62,000 nucleotides of DNA from Vicugna vicugna (lineage: Eukaryota): assembly GCA_013265495.1 (NCBI GenBank), contig MU058103.1:310001-372000 (forward strand), given 5' to 3'. The notes under the pieces were generated by a model. The model saw nothing but the letters and a program-made list of their open reading frames with translations. It did not search any database and was not told the DNA's origin. Position numbers and translations under genes: made by a program. Below are positions 25,881 to 38,993 of the stretch, piece by piece. Every line of letters starts with the position of its first letter. Positions within the stretch are counted from its first letter, which is position 1.

Positions 25881-27612
25881 ACGTCATATTTTATGACTTT
25901 AAAAATAGGGTAAATCCAAGGAACCAATACCTTATCAAGAAATTTATAAAAAATATGAAATAATAGACTTGTTTAAGAAAAATATCAATCTATCATTTAT
26001 TTATAGTGCTTCAATAGCCCCTGAAGAGATAGGTGGAATCAATATTACATTCTCATTACCTTATTTTGAAGCAGCTAGATTCTTAGCTGTAAAATGGGTT
26101 TGTCAGTTGACAGTTTGGTATTTGCTGGAAAAATATTGTTAATTCAATCCAAAGAAATGTAGTATGTATGTATAAACACATATTGTACGTGGATTTAGCA
26201 GAAATATAGTCCAACTTTTATGATACCCTAGTAAGGCCTAAAGGTGGAATTAACAAAGAAAGAGAGAAGGAGGAATACATTCATTGGGCTCTTGGGAACA
26301 AACTGATGCCTTAGAGCTTCAGTGAATGACAAATTATGCTATACATTCAGCTCACTAATAGCTTCTGGTGTATCTTTCCCAGGATTAGTTCTAGGGCTCA
26401 TTCTTAGTTCAGCTGTGATAGTGCATCTCGAGACTTATTAAAATCTACTGCTGGAATGAATGGCTGCAGACCATGCTTGTAACTCAGGAAGCTTCTGAGT
26501 AGCTGAGAGAGAAACACGTGCAAAATATTTCATGGTTTGGTCCATAAATATTGCTGGGCATTGCCTCATGATCTCAAGCAAGTGTGTTCAGGAGACATTT
26601 TCTCTAAAACTTTAAATCCTTCTTCATTATGGTTTAGCCTTTTACAAGTTATATTTTGGCATTCAAGCACATCCTGACCCTAGTAGAGAGCAAGTATTTT
26701 CTGCATGCTTTCAGTGCAAAATTCACTTAATCTGCTTTCATGTTCGGAAAAAAAAATTACATTTTCATACATGTTGAAATACGATAATATCATTTGCCAT
26801 ACTAAAATTATCAGTTGTTTTAATGTGTTCAGTAATATTTGGCATATGGCATGTTAAAAGCAGCAACAACAACAATTAACTAATTAGTAACTTTGAAAAT
26901 ACAGCCTAACATGTGAAATATTTGTCCAGTTTGAATCATATGAGTATTTTAATACTTACAATTTTCTTCCTACTGACATACACGAGTGGATAAATACATA
27001 TATACACATATTATGCATATCTCTACGTGCGTAAATTTCTGTAGATGGTTTTCTATGCAAGATGCTTTTATGCATCTCTTGACTACAATAATACAGAAAA
27101 CAAGTATCATCATTAATGTGCTGCAAAATTATTTGCCAGCCCTGAGGCCTAGATAAAAAGTAAAAATTCCTCAGTGATAACCCCAGTTCCTGGAATATAG
27201 TGGGTTCTCAAAACTCTATTTGTATAATGATGAATAAATGAAAGCATGATAATTAGATGGAATAAAAGCCTCATGGCAATTAAAGAAGATCTTCTACAGA
27301 AGTAATATCTATCAAAACCACTAATTCATAATTTTTTCTTTTCAAATTATAACATGGCTCATCTAAAAGATGAAAAGATAAACAGCTTTGAGAAAATCTT
27401 TTAAACTGTAATACTGAACTTGGGTAATAAAAAATGTTCATAATAGATAACTTGCACAATAAAGAAAATTAAAAGTGGAAACACATTTTTATATCACAAC
27501 ATATGTATAATATTATCAGTATCTTGGTGTTTTGTTCTTTATCTCCTGTGCATGTATTTATCTGTATTGCAATTCTGCAAACATTTATACCTACATTTAA
27601 AATGATATCAAT

Positions 27613-27855
27613 TTATATTTTTCAATTGAAGTATAGTCAGTTACAATGTGTCAATTTCTGGTCTACAGCACAATGTTCCAGTCATGCATATACATACATA
27701 TATTCATTTTCATTAAAGGTTATTATAAGATATCTAATATAATTTCCTGTGCTATACAGAAGAAATTTGCTTTTTATCTATTTTTATATATAGTGGCTAA
27801 TATTTGCAAATCTTAAACTCCCAAATTTATCCCTTCCCACCCCCTTTTGTCTGGT
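27613..27855 (-). mobile_element. Short young L1 3' end with 10-bp TSD
   Basis: AATTGAAGTATAGTCAGTTACAATGTGTCAATTTCTGG..CTCCCAAATTTATCCCTTCCCAC; TSD TGATATCAAT at 27603-27612 and 27856-27865. Confidence 0.9.
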
Positions 27856-29954
27856 TGATATCAATATTGGTATATATTCCACTGACTTATTATCATTCTG
27901 TATTGCAGTGTTTTATGGAAGTGCTTTAGGGTAGGTATTTAAACTTTTATTTTAAAAAACATTTTATTCTTTTAAAAATAGGATACAGTACACCACCAGA
28001 TTCAAATGTGTTAGACTATTTTAGAAAAACCTTGGAAATTTGTTTTCTACTCTCAAGATATAATTGATATTCCTTTAAAGTGCAGTTCATTGGAAACTTT
28101 GAAGATATGTATAAGTGTTCTAAATCAATGGAGCCTGAACACTACCTGCTACTCAGGGTGTAAGATAAGGTCATTATCACAGCACCTATACGTCGCCCCA
28201 ACATGTCAGGTCAAATTTTGAACAAGAAACTTACTCACGCCAGAATAAAATAATCAGTTTTGCAGTGAGAATGTATCTTATATGATTTATATTTTATAGA
28301 GTTCCAGTATTAGGTGTAAATTTGATTTTTTTTCAAACTTAAATCTCTTAAGATATACAAGCCATAGCATTTTTACTTAAAAATCACAATTTTAGTACTC
28401 TTCATTCAAGGGCTTGAAAAAGTTTAATTTAACTTACAAGATAACTTGCTTTTCTAAAAGTTTACTAAGCTTACTAAAAATTGCTTTACCATTCAAAATT
28501 GTAGGAAAATAACAATTTTATAATATAATAGAAGTAACAGATGATTTGGATGTAGAGCTTACACATGATTGCAAATATCATCTATCACATCTGAGTTCAT
28601 TAATGGTGTCATTTTATAAATAAAAATGTATAAATACTAACTTAAATAAATTTATACTATTTGTATATCACATATTATGTTTTTATATAAATTTTCAGTG
28701 GAAAATGGTCTGTTCCAAGAAAAGTTGAAAACTACAGGCATGAAGTAAAATTAATTTTATAAAAAGTTTCCATGCCATGTAAAATTCTCTTAATATATTT
28801 GTAATTACATCCTATGCCATTGTAGATAGTTGCCATCATGTACATAACCATTTTTTATGGTGTTACATGTTTGATTTGCCCTCTGTTTTTGCTATTATAA
28901 TGTTTTGATTAAACATTGTTATTTTTAAATGTCATAAGTCGTTTCATTGAACTGTTTTCCAGAGAGATTTACTAGTTGCAGGACCACCTCTAACACATAA
29001 GACTTTGTGCTACAATAGTCTCTAGCATTATTTCAGCTATAGGTGTTCTGAAAACAAACTATTGTATTACATGTTATTTCTATTTGCACGTATTTGACTA
29101 TTAGTAAAGTTTAACTTTTACATATTTTATTGTTTCCATTTCCTCTTTTGTGAATAACTCATTCATGTTCTTTTCCAGTATTTAAAAATTCCTTCTTATT
29201 TTCCACGTATCTGCGCAGGGGCAGCTTCCTGTTGGGTACTCTGTTTAGTTACTGGGCATACAATGATGAATGAGACCTGCAGTATCCCTGCTGCACATAC
29301 CACAGTGTCCTATTCATCATTATGCCGGCAGGTAGTTTTACTGAGTTTATTTGAATTTAATTTTACTTGCCATGTATCATAGAATATAACAATTCTTCTT
29401 TCAAATATGTTGAACTGTTTCTTTGAATGTGTTTTTTCCACTCTTTTTAATACTTAAAAATAAAACTCTCATTTCAAGATCAGGTGAATTAATTTTACTC
29501 TATTTTTCAAGCTCTAGATTTTCATATCTAACTTTTTAAACAATCTATTGTATTTGATAAATGAGGAAAATATATTTAACTCTTAAAGGTAGTTATCTGT
29601 AGGCACACAGTGATGACTAATTTTTCCCTTCATGCTTCTTCTTTTCTGTATGTTACATCATCTTTGTTTCAGAATGCTAAAAATATATAGAAGTAAAAGT
29701 TCAACCCTTCCCCTAAGGTGGTATATTTACTTTCAGAAATTTTCTATGAATATACACTCTACTGTCTCTAACATTTTTAACTAATTTTTTAAAACAAGAA
29801 GCATCACATTGTAAACATCTTTACCTGTCAGTTAATAGACCCCACCTCATTCTTTCCAACAACAACATTGAATTCCAATATTTGAATAAAATAAAATATA
29901 ATTAACACTTCTCATATGAAGGTATCCTCTTTTTTGTTTGTTTGTTTAAATCTG

Positions 29955-30135
29955 TACTGTTTAGTGTAGTGGCCACTAGCCACATTTGAATTTTAAAATT
30001 TGACTTAAATTAAAAATACAATTTCTCAATTATACCAGCTATATTTTGAGTTCCCTGCTAGCTGTATGCAGCCAATTGCTCCATACAGGGCAGTCCAGAT
30101 TACAGAGCATTCCATTGCCATAGAGAACTCTATGA
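29955..30135. mobile_element. MER3/MER33-like hAT-Charlie MITE
   Basis: gtggccactagccacat..ttaaattaaaaat..agagcattccattgccatagagaactctat. Confidence 0.65.
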
Positions 30136-31009
30136 GGCTTTACAAAGAAAAGGGCTGGGTCTAGCTAGCTAAACGTTGCAGATACAGTTCTTTAAATAAT
30201 CTGCCTGATGAATTTGCGTTTGGAGTTTCCCCAAGTTTCTGTTGCAAAGAACAGCTTTTGCTTCTCATCTTTAACCTATGCTTTCCTTTGCTGTGTCTTT
30301 ACTATGGATTTGGTCATCTTCTTTCTAACATTTAGAAGTCTCTTAATCTTTTTGTTCCATTGACAAATCTCTTTTTCTTATTCTTAACACTATTATTAAA
30401 AATAAAAAAATAAAAATAAATGTGATTAGATATAAAATGTAGTATATACAGAAAGAAAAAGAGAGGGAGAGAAATTTTCTATCAAGATGATTTTAATAAA
30501 TAAATTGGTGTTGAAATTACTTTTTTCCTGTTCCTTATGTAACACTGGATAGCAGTGGATTTCCAATTTCTCCAAAATTATATGTTGATTGAGTTTGCAT
30601 GGTTTCTCTCTATTCCCAAGCTGAGAGTGAGATGTCCACAGCCTTCATTAGGGCTCAAAGTACAAGTTAGGGGAAGAAAGGGAATCAGCCCTGGCATACA
30701 ATATGTGCAGTGATAAACTAGGTGGTATACAGTCAGCCTACCACTTCTATCATGTAGTTGGGAAAAAGAGAAATGCCCGGGTGTCTGGTAACGGGGTACT
30801 TGACCCTTCAGTTACTACTCTTTCTTTGGGGCTGTCAACAGACACATGAGGGAAAGGGAATAGTAGAAATTCATGCTTTGAATAAAACTGAGGCCTATCT
30901 TGGGAGGTTGTTGAGGCCTTTTAGAGGATCTATAAGGACCTCTGTTTTTACTAACTACATATCTTTGTGCAGACAGACTTCTTCATATACTTCAACCAAA
31001 AAATGCATA

Positions 31010-31080
31010 TATAGTGTATGACTGGGACTGTACACCAGAAATTGACACATTGTAACTGACTCTACTTCAATTAAAAAATA
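31010..31080 (+). mobile_element. Very short young L1 3' tail
   Basis: CTGTACACCAGAAATTGACACATTGTAACTGACTCTACTTCAATTAAAAAA, same terminus as the other young L1s here. Confidence 0.85.
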
Positions 31081-31124
31081 CACAAATACATGTAGATACA
31101 CATATCTGTATGTATCATAACATT

Positions 31125-31416
31125 ATATACAGAAGCAGATATGTGAACATAGATGCATTCAACTAAGCCAGACATTAGAAATTTTGTGAAAAATATACAA
31201 CACCATTCTATTAAATCTGTTTCTGTTTTGGAAAATATCATTATTTTTCATAAAAACAAGATAGTATAACATTGTAATTTTTAAATGAAGAAAAAACTTC
31301 AAAAATCAGTTTTAATTTCTAATGTAGTAAATATTGATAGAGCCCACTTAAAAAAATTCTCTTTGTGGACTTCAATTTATATAATGTAAAGGAGAGATGA
31401 ATGTTTGTGAACCAGT
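31125..31416. mobile_element. Charlie1-like hAT terminal fragment
   Basis: taagccagacatta..gttttggaaaatatcattatttttcataaaaa..gttttaatttctaatgtagtaaatattgatag..tttgtgaaccagt. Confidence 0.6.
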
Positions 31417-32017
31417 AGATTGGAGTATACCCCATCCACTAAGGGACCACAATAAGAAAATAAAATTTACAACTCTTAGCATTCCATGGACTGAGAAGAT
31501 AATTATAAAATGCACAGTGTATTAAATGTGATTTGTATGTCAGCCCTAAATTGTGTGGTTTCTCATCTTATCAGATGCTCAGCATATCCCCATGAGTTAG
31601 GAGAATGGTATCATCCCCACCACACAGAGAAGGGAAGATCCTAAAAGTCAGGCAAATTCCCTGGGGCCACTTAGCTTTTATGAAGTCCAGTTAGAATCAG
31701 TAACAGCTGAAACTGATGCTGACTCATACTAATTTCTTCTTAGAAAATGAAAGCAATTTAGAGTAATTAAAAGAAGAACTAAGGTTAAAACAAAGGGCCA
31801 AAGAAATAATTCCAGCATCACTGAGAAGCTCTGTGGGCTATATACAAGGTTGCTCAGGAGAGACTGATAGTCCTGCTGGCAAATGAACATGTGCCTTCAA
31901 TCAGATTTGGTTTTACTTCTGTCTTTTGTTTTGCTTTTCCTCCCTTTCTTCCACGCCAGGAGAAACAGATGTGGTATCTCTTCATGGGAATACACATCTA
32001 TATTTCCTACTAGATAT

Positions 32018-32161
32018 ATATTTTTTCTTTTAATATTTTTTGAGGGATAATGGGGTACTTATGTTCATTCATTTATTTTTAGAGAAGGTACTGGGGATAG
32101 AACCCAGGACCTCATGCATGCTAAGCACACACTCTACCACTGAGCTACACCCTTCCCTCCA
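32018..32161 (-). mobile_element. tRNA-Ala(AGC)-derived SINE (camelid Vic-1-like)
   Basis: Reverse strand GGGTGTAGCTCAGTGGTAGAGTGTGTGCTTAGCATGCATGAGGTCCTGGGTTCTATCCCCAGTACC (A and B boxes) plus A-rich tail; TSD CTACTAGATAT 32007-32017 / CTACCAGATAT 32162-32172. Confidence 0.85.
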
Positions 32162-32927
32162 CTACCAGATATTGTTTTTGCCCACAGAGTTAGCAGAGGG
32201 ATTGGATATGAGATAAAGTGTGTTCTTCTCAGTGGCCTCTCTCCCTGCAGTTGGAGACCAGAGAATTCTATGTCCATTGCTACTGTATCCATCTTTATGA
32301 ATCATGAAAACTCACAGTAGCAACCACCACCCCCACCCCTGCTAGCCCTGTCATGCATTGCTGTACTGCTTTAGAGAGGACCTTTATATGGTTTTTATTT
32401 TAGAAGATGCTTTTCTAGCATGGGTGGCCTTGGTATTTTCAGTAGTACAAGGTTATTCTCCTTCAGGTAAGGTCCTCTACTTAATTACAGTTAACTGGTT
32501 AAGAGAAGAATTGTTTTAATGTCTCACCTAGAAAGAGAAAAGTTTGAAAATGACAGGAAAAACCTATTTTACGAACCATCTACCTTCTAGGCATTGCATC
32601 TGATTTCTGTTACTGCTGTCACTTGTGAGGTGGCTGAGGAATTTCTAACATAGCATCTCTTCTGTAGGGTTACTGTTCTGTTTTCTACAATGATTCTTAG
32701 ACTCTGGTAATGTACCTTCCTTCAGGGGAGGAAATGGGATACTTGTATGTGTCTGAAAGTTGTAGAGCAAGAAAACAAAAATGATTGTTTCTATTAATCA
32801 TTAAAATAATTACAAAATAAAAATTGAATGAAAACCTGTCCTAGAGTTGGCAGACAAATCCAAAATCTTGGTTCTGCCAGTCTCAGCATCACTGCTTAAA
32901 GCTAGAGTTGAAAATGACTTACTAGTA

Positions 32928-33090
32928 TATGTTGCATAGTGTGTGGGAGTCCAGGCTCTCCAGACAGCCCAGGATTCAAATCCCAGCTCTGCCACTTACA
33001 GCCTCTGTTTCTTTTTCCTATCTGTAGAAGGTGGTAGGATTAATAATAACTGCTTGTTGTTTTGAACGTATTAGTGAGGTAATAATGAAA
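32928..33090 (+). mobile_element. MIR SINE (internally deleted)
   Basis: CCAGACAGCCCAGGATTCAAATCCCAGCTCTGCCACTTAC..GCCTCTGTTTC..ATCTGTA. Confidence 0.8.
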
Positions 33091-33524
33091 ATTAACTTGA
33101 ATGACTGTGCCTTCTCTCCCATACCTCTCACATTTAAGTAAGAACAGGACTTTTTGAAGGATTGTACTGATACACACTCAGAGGAGGTCATGGTAATTTA
33201 TGCCTGGGAAGCAAGGCACATTTAGCTTTGAGATAGCCTGAGACAGGCTAGGGTATGCAGCCAGGTCCTAGCTAAATAAGGAAAGGATGAAAGGAACTAG
33301 CTTGGCTGCAGAAGACATCTGGAATGTTGAGGGATGGTGTTCACAGTGGTCAGCCAGCCAGGCAAATGTGAGCAAGACATCTAGCAAAAATAATAAATAA
33401 TAAAAATTTTAAAAATCTGGAAAAAACCTTGGACCTAGAAACAACAGAATTATTAGTAGTAGTATTAATATTAGTATTGTATTGGTATTTTGATAGAAGA
33501 TCTAAGAATTAGCTTTCCCACTGG

Positions 33525-33960
33525 ACCTCTCAGTGGCTTTCTGTCCTGTCGAGGTGCAAGACCAAGCTCCTTAACATGAATGAAGGACCACTAGTGACCA
33601 GGCCTTGCCTTATCTCTGTAGACATAGACCCTGTCACTGCCCACATCCCACTTTATGTCCCAACAAGGCAGAATCTTTCGAAGTTCCCATGATTTTTGCC
33701 TCTGTGGTGGTTATTTATTCTGTATTCTCTGACCCTGTCTCCCCCTCGCCGGCCACTGACCATTTCTCCTATGTACCCCACAATCATTTAAAAGATCAAT
33801 TTCAGAGACCCCCTTCCAGGAATCATCTGCATTTAGTCCTACACTGGATTAGATGTATCTTCTCTGCCCCAGCTTTCATTCCTGCACTTTTTAATCATCA
33901 TCTGCTTATGGTTTACTTCTTTTAGGAGACCATGAATGTTTGCATGGGAAGGATCAGGTC
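33525..33960 (+). mobile_element. L2 fragment
   Basis: cctctcagtggctttc..ccaagctccttaacatg..ccccttccagga. Confidence 0.55.
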
Positions 33961-34309
33961 TCCCCCAGTTGATGACCTAGGTCTTTCCCAGTTAGATGAG
34001 TCTTCTGGGTATCTTTAGGGTCGACATATGTGGATTCTCATTGGCATCTTCTTATGCAGGAACAGCAATTTCCAATAGAGCCTTTAGGTGGTGTCCCACT
34101 TTCCCTAGATGCTATTCCAGATACATGACAAGGGTGAGGGTTGGAGAAGCCACCACAAGGGAGTTCGGCTAGGAAATAAAGATTCTAGTTGGGGAGACAT
34201 TTTGCCTAAAATTAACCTAAGAGAACAACAGGACAAGGCAAATGCACTGTACGAAGTACCTAGAGCTAGTGGATGTATCGTCTTGGTTTCTTTGCTATAA
34301 ATAAGGACA

Positions 34310-34500
34310 TAGTTTTTATGGTCAGACATGAATTCTCATCACAATCCTTCCACAGACTTGCAGAAACTTTCAATGGCTTCATCTCTCTGCTCCCCAAATT
34401 CACCATCTCAAAAGGGAAGATGGGTACTTACTTGCTTTGCAGAATTTTTGTGAGGTTAAACTAAATAACGTTAGTAAAAGTCATAATAGGCACTTAATAC
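34310..34500 (+). mobile_element. MIR fragment
   Basis: gtcagacatgaattc..ttgtgaggttaaactaaataa..aataggcacttaata. Confidence 0.6.
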
Positions 34501-35299
34501 TTTATATTCCATTGTCATTGACCGCTGATTATCAAAAGAGAAAACATATCCTGGGACGACAGTCCCCACTTCCTTTTCCCCAGGTATCTAACTCCAACAT
34601 CAAATACCACCTAAACTTCTTTGCCTGAAGCAATTGTATTTAAAACATATGCAAATTCATTTTTACAATCAATGCCATTTAAAGGCCTATTTTTTAATTA
34701 AATAAGCTTATAATCAGTGTCGGTACATTTGCCAAGTGTCCATATTCAATTCATTTATTCCTCATGAGTGTAAAAGCTTAATATTAATACTCTACTTGCA
34801 TTTTTATAGGTCTTTGGAGCAATACTGAAACCTAAGTTTGAAAAGGTCCAGATGGTGTGAGTTTTATTGAAACCTGAGTTTGAAACAGCCCAGCTGCTTA
34901 AGGCAAAATTTTAGAAAAGTGTAGAACGTGCTTCAGAAAGTATTCGTATGCCACCCACACAGAACCTTCCCTGGAGTTCCATTATTCCCCATCACAGATT
35001 TATCTTTACCCAAAACTTGTGCTCGTCTTCTCTGATATTGCACAGTGTAGATAAGCCAGCCTCAAGGCATGTGTTCCATAAAAATGCCTGCATCGAACTT
35101 CCAAGGTCCTGGTGGTCAACACATAGTCCTGGAAATGTCAACCAGGGCATATTTGTTGCCTAGCTCCTGTGTGCAGAGCACCAAGCTGGGTCTGATGGAA
35201 CTCCTGGTTCCCCGCTCCTCAGCCTGTATGCTAGTTAGCAGCTCATGGTTCCAACCACCGACACCTCCATTGCTGCCACTAGCTCCGAGATACCACTAG

Positions 35300-35680
35300 T
35301 ACTGCTGCGACTACTGCACACCAAGTGCTCTACGTATTTTATCTTTTAGTATTTTAACTACTTCCTTGAAAGATATTCCCACTTGAAATTTTAGTTGCTT
35401 GATCTCCCTAAGCTTCCCTTTCCTCATGTGAAACAAGATATAATAATATTTTCTACCTCTTAGAATTATTTAGAGGATCCAGTGCTGTAATACTAGTTGA
35501 GTTCTTAGCACAAGCCCTGTCATAGGAGAAACATGGTGAATAAAACATATGCCTTATTTTAAAAATGAACCAATCGAGGCTCAAAAAGATGAACTAATGT
35601 TGCTTGAGTGGCCCAGAGAGTAACAGAGATGAAGACCAAAGTCTGTTTTGTCTCATGTCAAAACATGTTCTTTCTCCTCT
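35300..35680. mobile_element. Nested or adjacent MIR fragments in both orientations
   Basis: ccctaagcttccctttcctcatgtgaaac (sense) and ttttaaaaatgaaccaatcgaggctcaaa (antisense). Confidence 0.5.
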
Positions 35681-36859
35681 GACTCCCTTCCAGGGTCAGC
35701 TCTGTGATGAGGAAGCTGATTTCACTAGAGTCTATTCAATTTTATGCTCTGTCCTTTCCCCAAATGTATTAAATTACAAATGTGATTTTTGAGGCCTTTT
35801 TTTCCTTTGATGTCCCCTAGTGGGAACTTAGTCACAAATTAAACAGAGGATTCCCAGGTTCCTCTCAAGCCACAAAAGCCATCGATAGCCCAGCAGAGTT
35901 CTGGATTGATGAGAGAACCATATGGGAAATGCACCATTCCTGATTCTGCGATTTTCTCTGTGCTGCTTCACTCTTTAAACCTGTGCCACCTTTGACCTCA
36001 GTTATCCAGGAATTAGTTACCCAGACTCTGGAAGCTCACTAGATTTTCAATAAAGACACCATGTATTTCCTCTCCAAAACAACAGTGAATTTTCAGGGAT
36101 TTGGCAAGGGATCCCTAGGGATTGATTCTAAAATCCCCATGTTCCCTGAGGTTTTTGGAAAACAAACAAACAAGAACTACTTTGTTTAGCAAGCATGCAA
36201 AGTGTCTGGTTTGTTCATCAAATCAAAAGCTCGGAGCCAACCCTGAAAACAGAAAATTTGGCTCTGAAAACATGAACAGCTCCTTTAAATCTGCTTTAAT
36301 TAGAACAGGAGAGAAAGGAAAGAAACCTATTTAAAGAAAAACTTGCTTCTGAAAAGGGCTAGCAGCTTCTGAACAAAACTCCTTTATGTTACTGCTGTCT
36401 CCCTAGTGTGCAGATATATCTAAAAATAAGAGCTCAAGCTTTTATTAACTGGACAGATTCCGTATGTCCTGCTGGAGGAGGATTTGTTTTGATTATTGAT
36501 CTGAGAGCAGGTTATGTGCCTCTGTCCAGCCCAGGGATGTGAAATGACTCGGTGTTCTAAATTACCCACCTAATCTCAGAAGTACATTGTTAGTTTTTCC
36601 TCTTTTTAGAGCACAGAAGGTTTTTATCTAAAATATCTCATCCAAACACACACACACACATCTTCCTAAAGTTGAAAGCCAACCCATTGCATTTTAAAAT
36701 AAACCTGTGTTATTCTCCTGTATACATTGGAAAGTCAGGCAAGGGAAGACTCATCCTTCAAGGTGACCTGCCTGTTGTCTAGAGTAGACTGTGGGAATGC
36801 AGCCCACTCATGTGCTGTCCTTTCCTCCTCCACGTGGCAGGCTGTGTGAGGTTGGGACA

Positions 36860-36920
36860 CAGACTAGAAAATGAATTATGTGGAAACACGTCCCCCCACC
36901 ACGTGTTCACACCAACAGTT
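36860..36920 (+). repeat. 61-bp direct repeat, copy 1
   Basis: CAGACTAGAAAATGAATTATGTGGAAACACGTCCCCCCACCACGTGTTCACACCAACAGTT, identical to 38933-38993. Confidence 0.95.
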
Positions 36921-37265
36921 TGCATAGCACACAGGCAGTTACAAATCTATTCATTCAATTTTCTTCCTTTCCTTCCACTGCAGAGAACATGACTTGCTCA
37001 AATTTGTGTTCTTGACTTGCTTGGAATATATTACGTTCTCAATAAATGGTTGGTGGGTTGGATTAGTTCTATTGAGAATTCAAAAAGTATTAGTTATTTT
37101 GGCTCTGAGGGGAAAAACAAAATAAAACAAAAATCCTTAGTCAGCTGCAATTCAGCCAATTACATGGTTACACTTAATTAAGTCTTCAGTATGACTCCTT
37201 AAGGAATCAGAGACCAAACACAGATTCTATTCCAAAATTACAAAAGAGTATTTTATCATTTTTAG

Positions 37266-37336
37266 CTTGCTTTCTTTCCCTCTTCTCTCCCTCCCTCCCT
37301 CTCTCTTTCTTTTCTTTCATTCCTTTTCTCTTCTCT

Positions 37337-37388
<52 letters not shown>

Positions 37389-37445
37389 TTTCATCCTTCC
37401 TTTCTTCCTTCCTTTCTCTCTCTCTCTCTCTCTCTTTCTTCCTTC

Positions 37446-37504
<59 letters not shown>

Positions 37505-37508
37505 TTTT
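37266..37508. repeat. Compound (TTTC)n/(CT)n/(CCTT)n polypyrimidine microsatellite
   Basis: About 240 nt of almost pure C/T, with two long (TTTC)n tracts. Confidence 0.95.
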
Positions 37509-37769
37509 AGGAAAGAATAATAGTCATGAGAATTTCAAACCATCTGCTGGACTATAAAATGTAAGGGAAAAGGAACCACATACCCGGTGATGACAGGTAA
37601 TCTAGCACATGGATACAGAGTTACAAATTCACCAAATTTGCTCCATTACAATCTCATGGCTCTTAGGTAAGATGTTAATAGGCATCCATTATTGCCAGTC
37701 ATTTTCCTAGATTCAGGTGATTCAGAGATGAGTGGCACAAAGCCGTTACTGTGAATGAGAGAGATACTA

Positions 37770-38100
37770 ACCTGTAATTCAGCAAATAAAATGTGATGTA
37801 AGTAGGATGAAACAGACATACAGGGAGGTCCACTGCACTCAGTCTGGAAGTCTAGGAGGAAGATTCCAGGAAGAAATGTTGTTTAAGTCTTGAAGAATAA
37901 ATGTCCAAATACATAGAAGGTGGAGGGCAATACGAGATAAATTTTTATACAGAAGAAAGTGAATGGTGGGAAATGCAGATGATGACATGGAATAAGAAGT
38001 CCTGGGGGGAAAGTCAATGCAGAATGAAGCACTCTTTGTATAATAACAGAAATTCATACCACTGCCCCACCAGTGTTCCCTGGACTCTAGGATGCTGTTC
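37770..38100 (-). mobile_element. L2 fragment
   Basis: ggaagattccaggaagaaatgttgtttaagtcttgaagaataa; purine-rich antisense L2 pattern. Confidence 0.45.
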
Positions 38101-38932
38101 ACTGTATATTCCGTTTGATATGAGCTACAGCCATTCTGCAAAGTCACATTTCATTATTGTAGATTTAAAATGCTTAAAGAAAAATAATAATTTTTCTGGG
38201 CTTATTGATATTGGGTCCTATCATGCTATTACCTCCCTGGCTACCTTGCCATTAAAGTGACATCTCCTTTAACACTGGCAACATCAAAGTCGTTTCTTAG
38301 GAAATGCACTTGCATCAAAAAATGTACAAGGTTTGAATGTCAGGGAATGGACAATCCCAAATAGATGAGTATTGTGTTGCAGGGTTAGAATAATCTATTG
38401 TCTGAGTTTGTTAGAATTAAGGCTTATCACATAGGAACGTGAGCACCTTTAATGTAGGATTTTTGCTGCATCTCAGTGTCACTAGTGTTTGTACAGGCAT
38501 GTCAAATGCTCAATAAATTTGAGCTGAATAAGTGAACGAATCAATTCATCAATAATTGAATGACTTGTCGTAAGTCTTTTGGTTATGTGGCTTTTTCCCT
38601 CACTGGGGTGAAAGCATCTTGAGAGTAGGGGCATTTTGGTATTGTCTGGGAGGCCTTTCTGTAGGGGAATGTAGGCATTGAAGTGCACATGGATTTTGGA
38701 GGTGTTTAGATGACACATCCTGAATTTTTTACAAAAAGGAAATTTTATTGATGATTGTGTATGCTCCTTCCTTATCTCCTGAGGAGCTGCCAAGTTGTGG
38801 AACTGCCTCTACCTCCAGCTGTTCACTTAGCTAGGAGAAAGGGTATTGTCAGGATTGTTTTCAATAGTTCCAGGAACCTGCAATTTACACATAAAAGGTT
38901 TTGACCAAAGTGTGTTGAACAGACATGCTGTT

Positions 38933-38993
38933 CAGACTAGAAAATGAATTATGTGGAAACACGTCCCCCCACCACGTGTTCACACCAACAGTT
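38933..38993 (+). repeat. 61-bp direct repeat, copy 2 (probably the derived, templated insertion)
   Basis: Identical to 36860-36920; bounded by GTTCAG at 38930-38935 and 38991-38996. Confidence 0.95.

Noticed and set aside
32085..32160. tRNA-Ala gene (also ~42922-43000)
   Set aside because: CpG decay and stem mismatches, a SINE tail on both copies and a TSD on the first show these are SINE heads.
36879..36912. Hairpin in the duplicated unit as a pre-miRNA
   Set aside because: The stem is only about 7-11 bp with a bulge, far too short, and is explained by two ACGT-centred motifs.
37173..37209. Short palindromes CTTAATTAAG and TGACTCCTTAAGGAATCA
   Set aside because: Short and plausible by chance in 62 kb of AT-rich DNA.
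37267..37557. 96-aa Phe/Leu/Ser-rich ORF resembling a membrane protein
   Set aside because: Translation of the (TTTC)n microsatellite.
36860..38993. 61-bp repeats as CRISPR repeats, LTRs or a TSD around a 2-kb element
   Set aside because: Only two copies; eukaryotic context; no TG..CA ends; too long for a TSD; the intervening DNA is ordinary (microsatellite, old L2).
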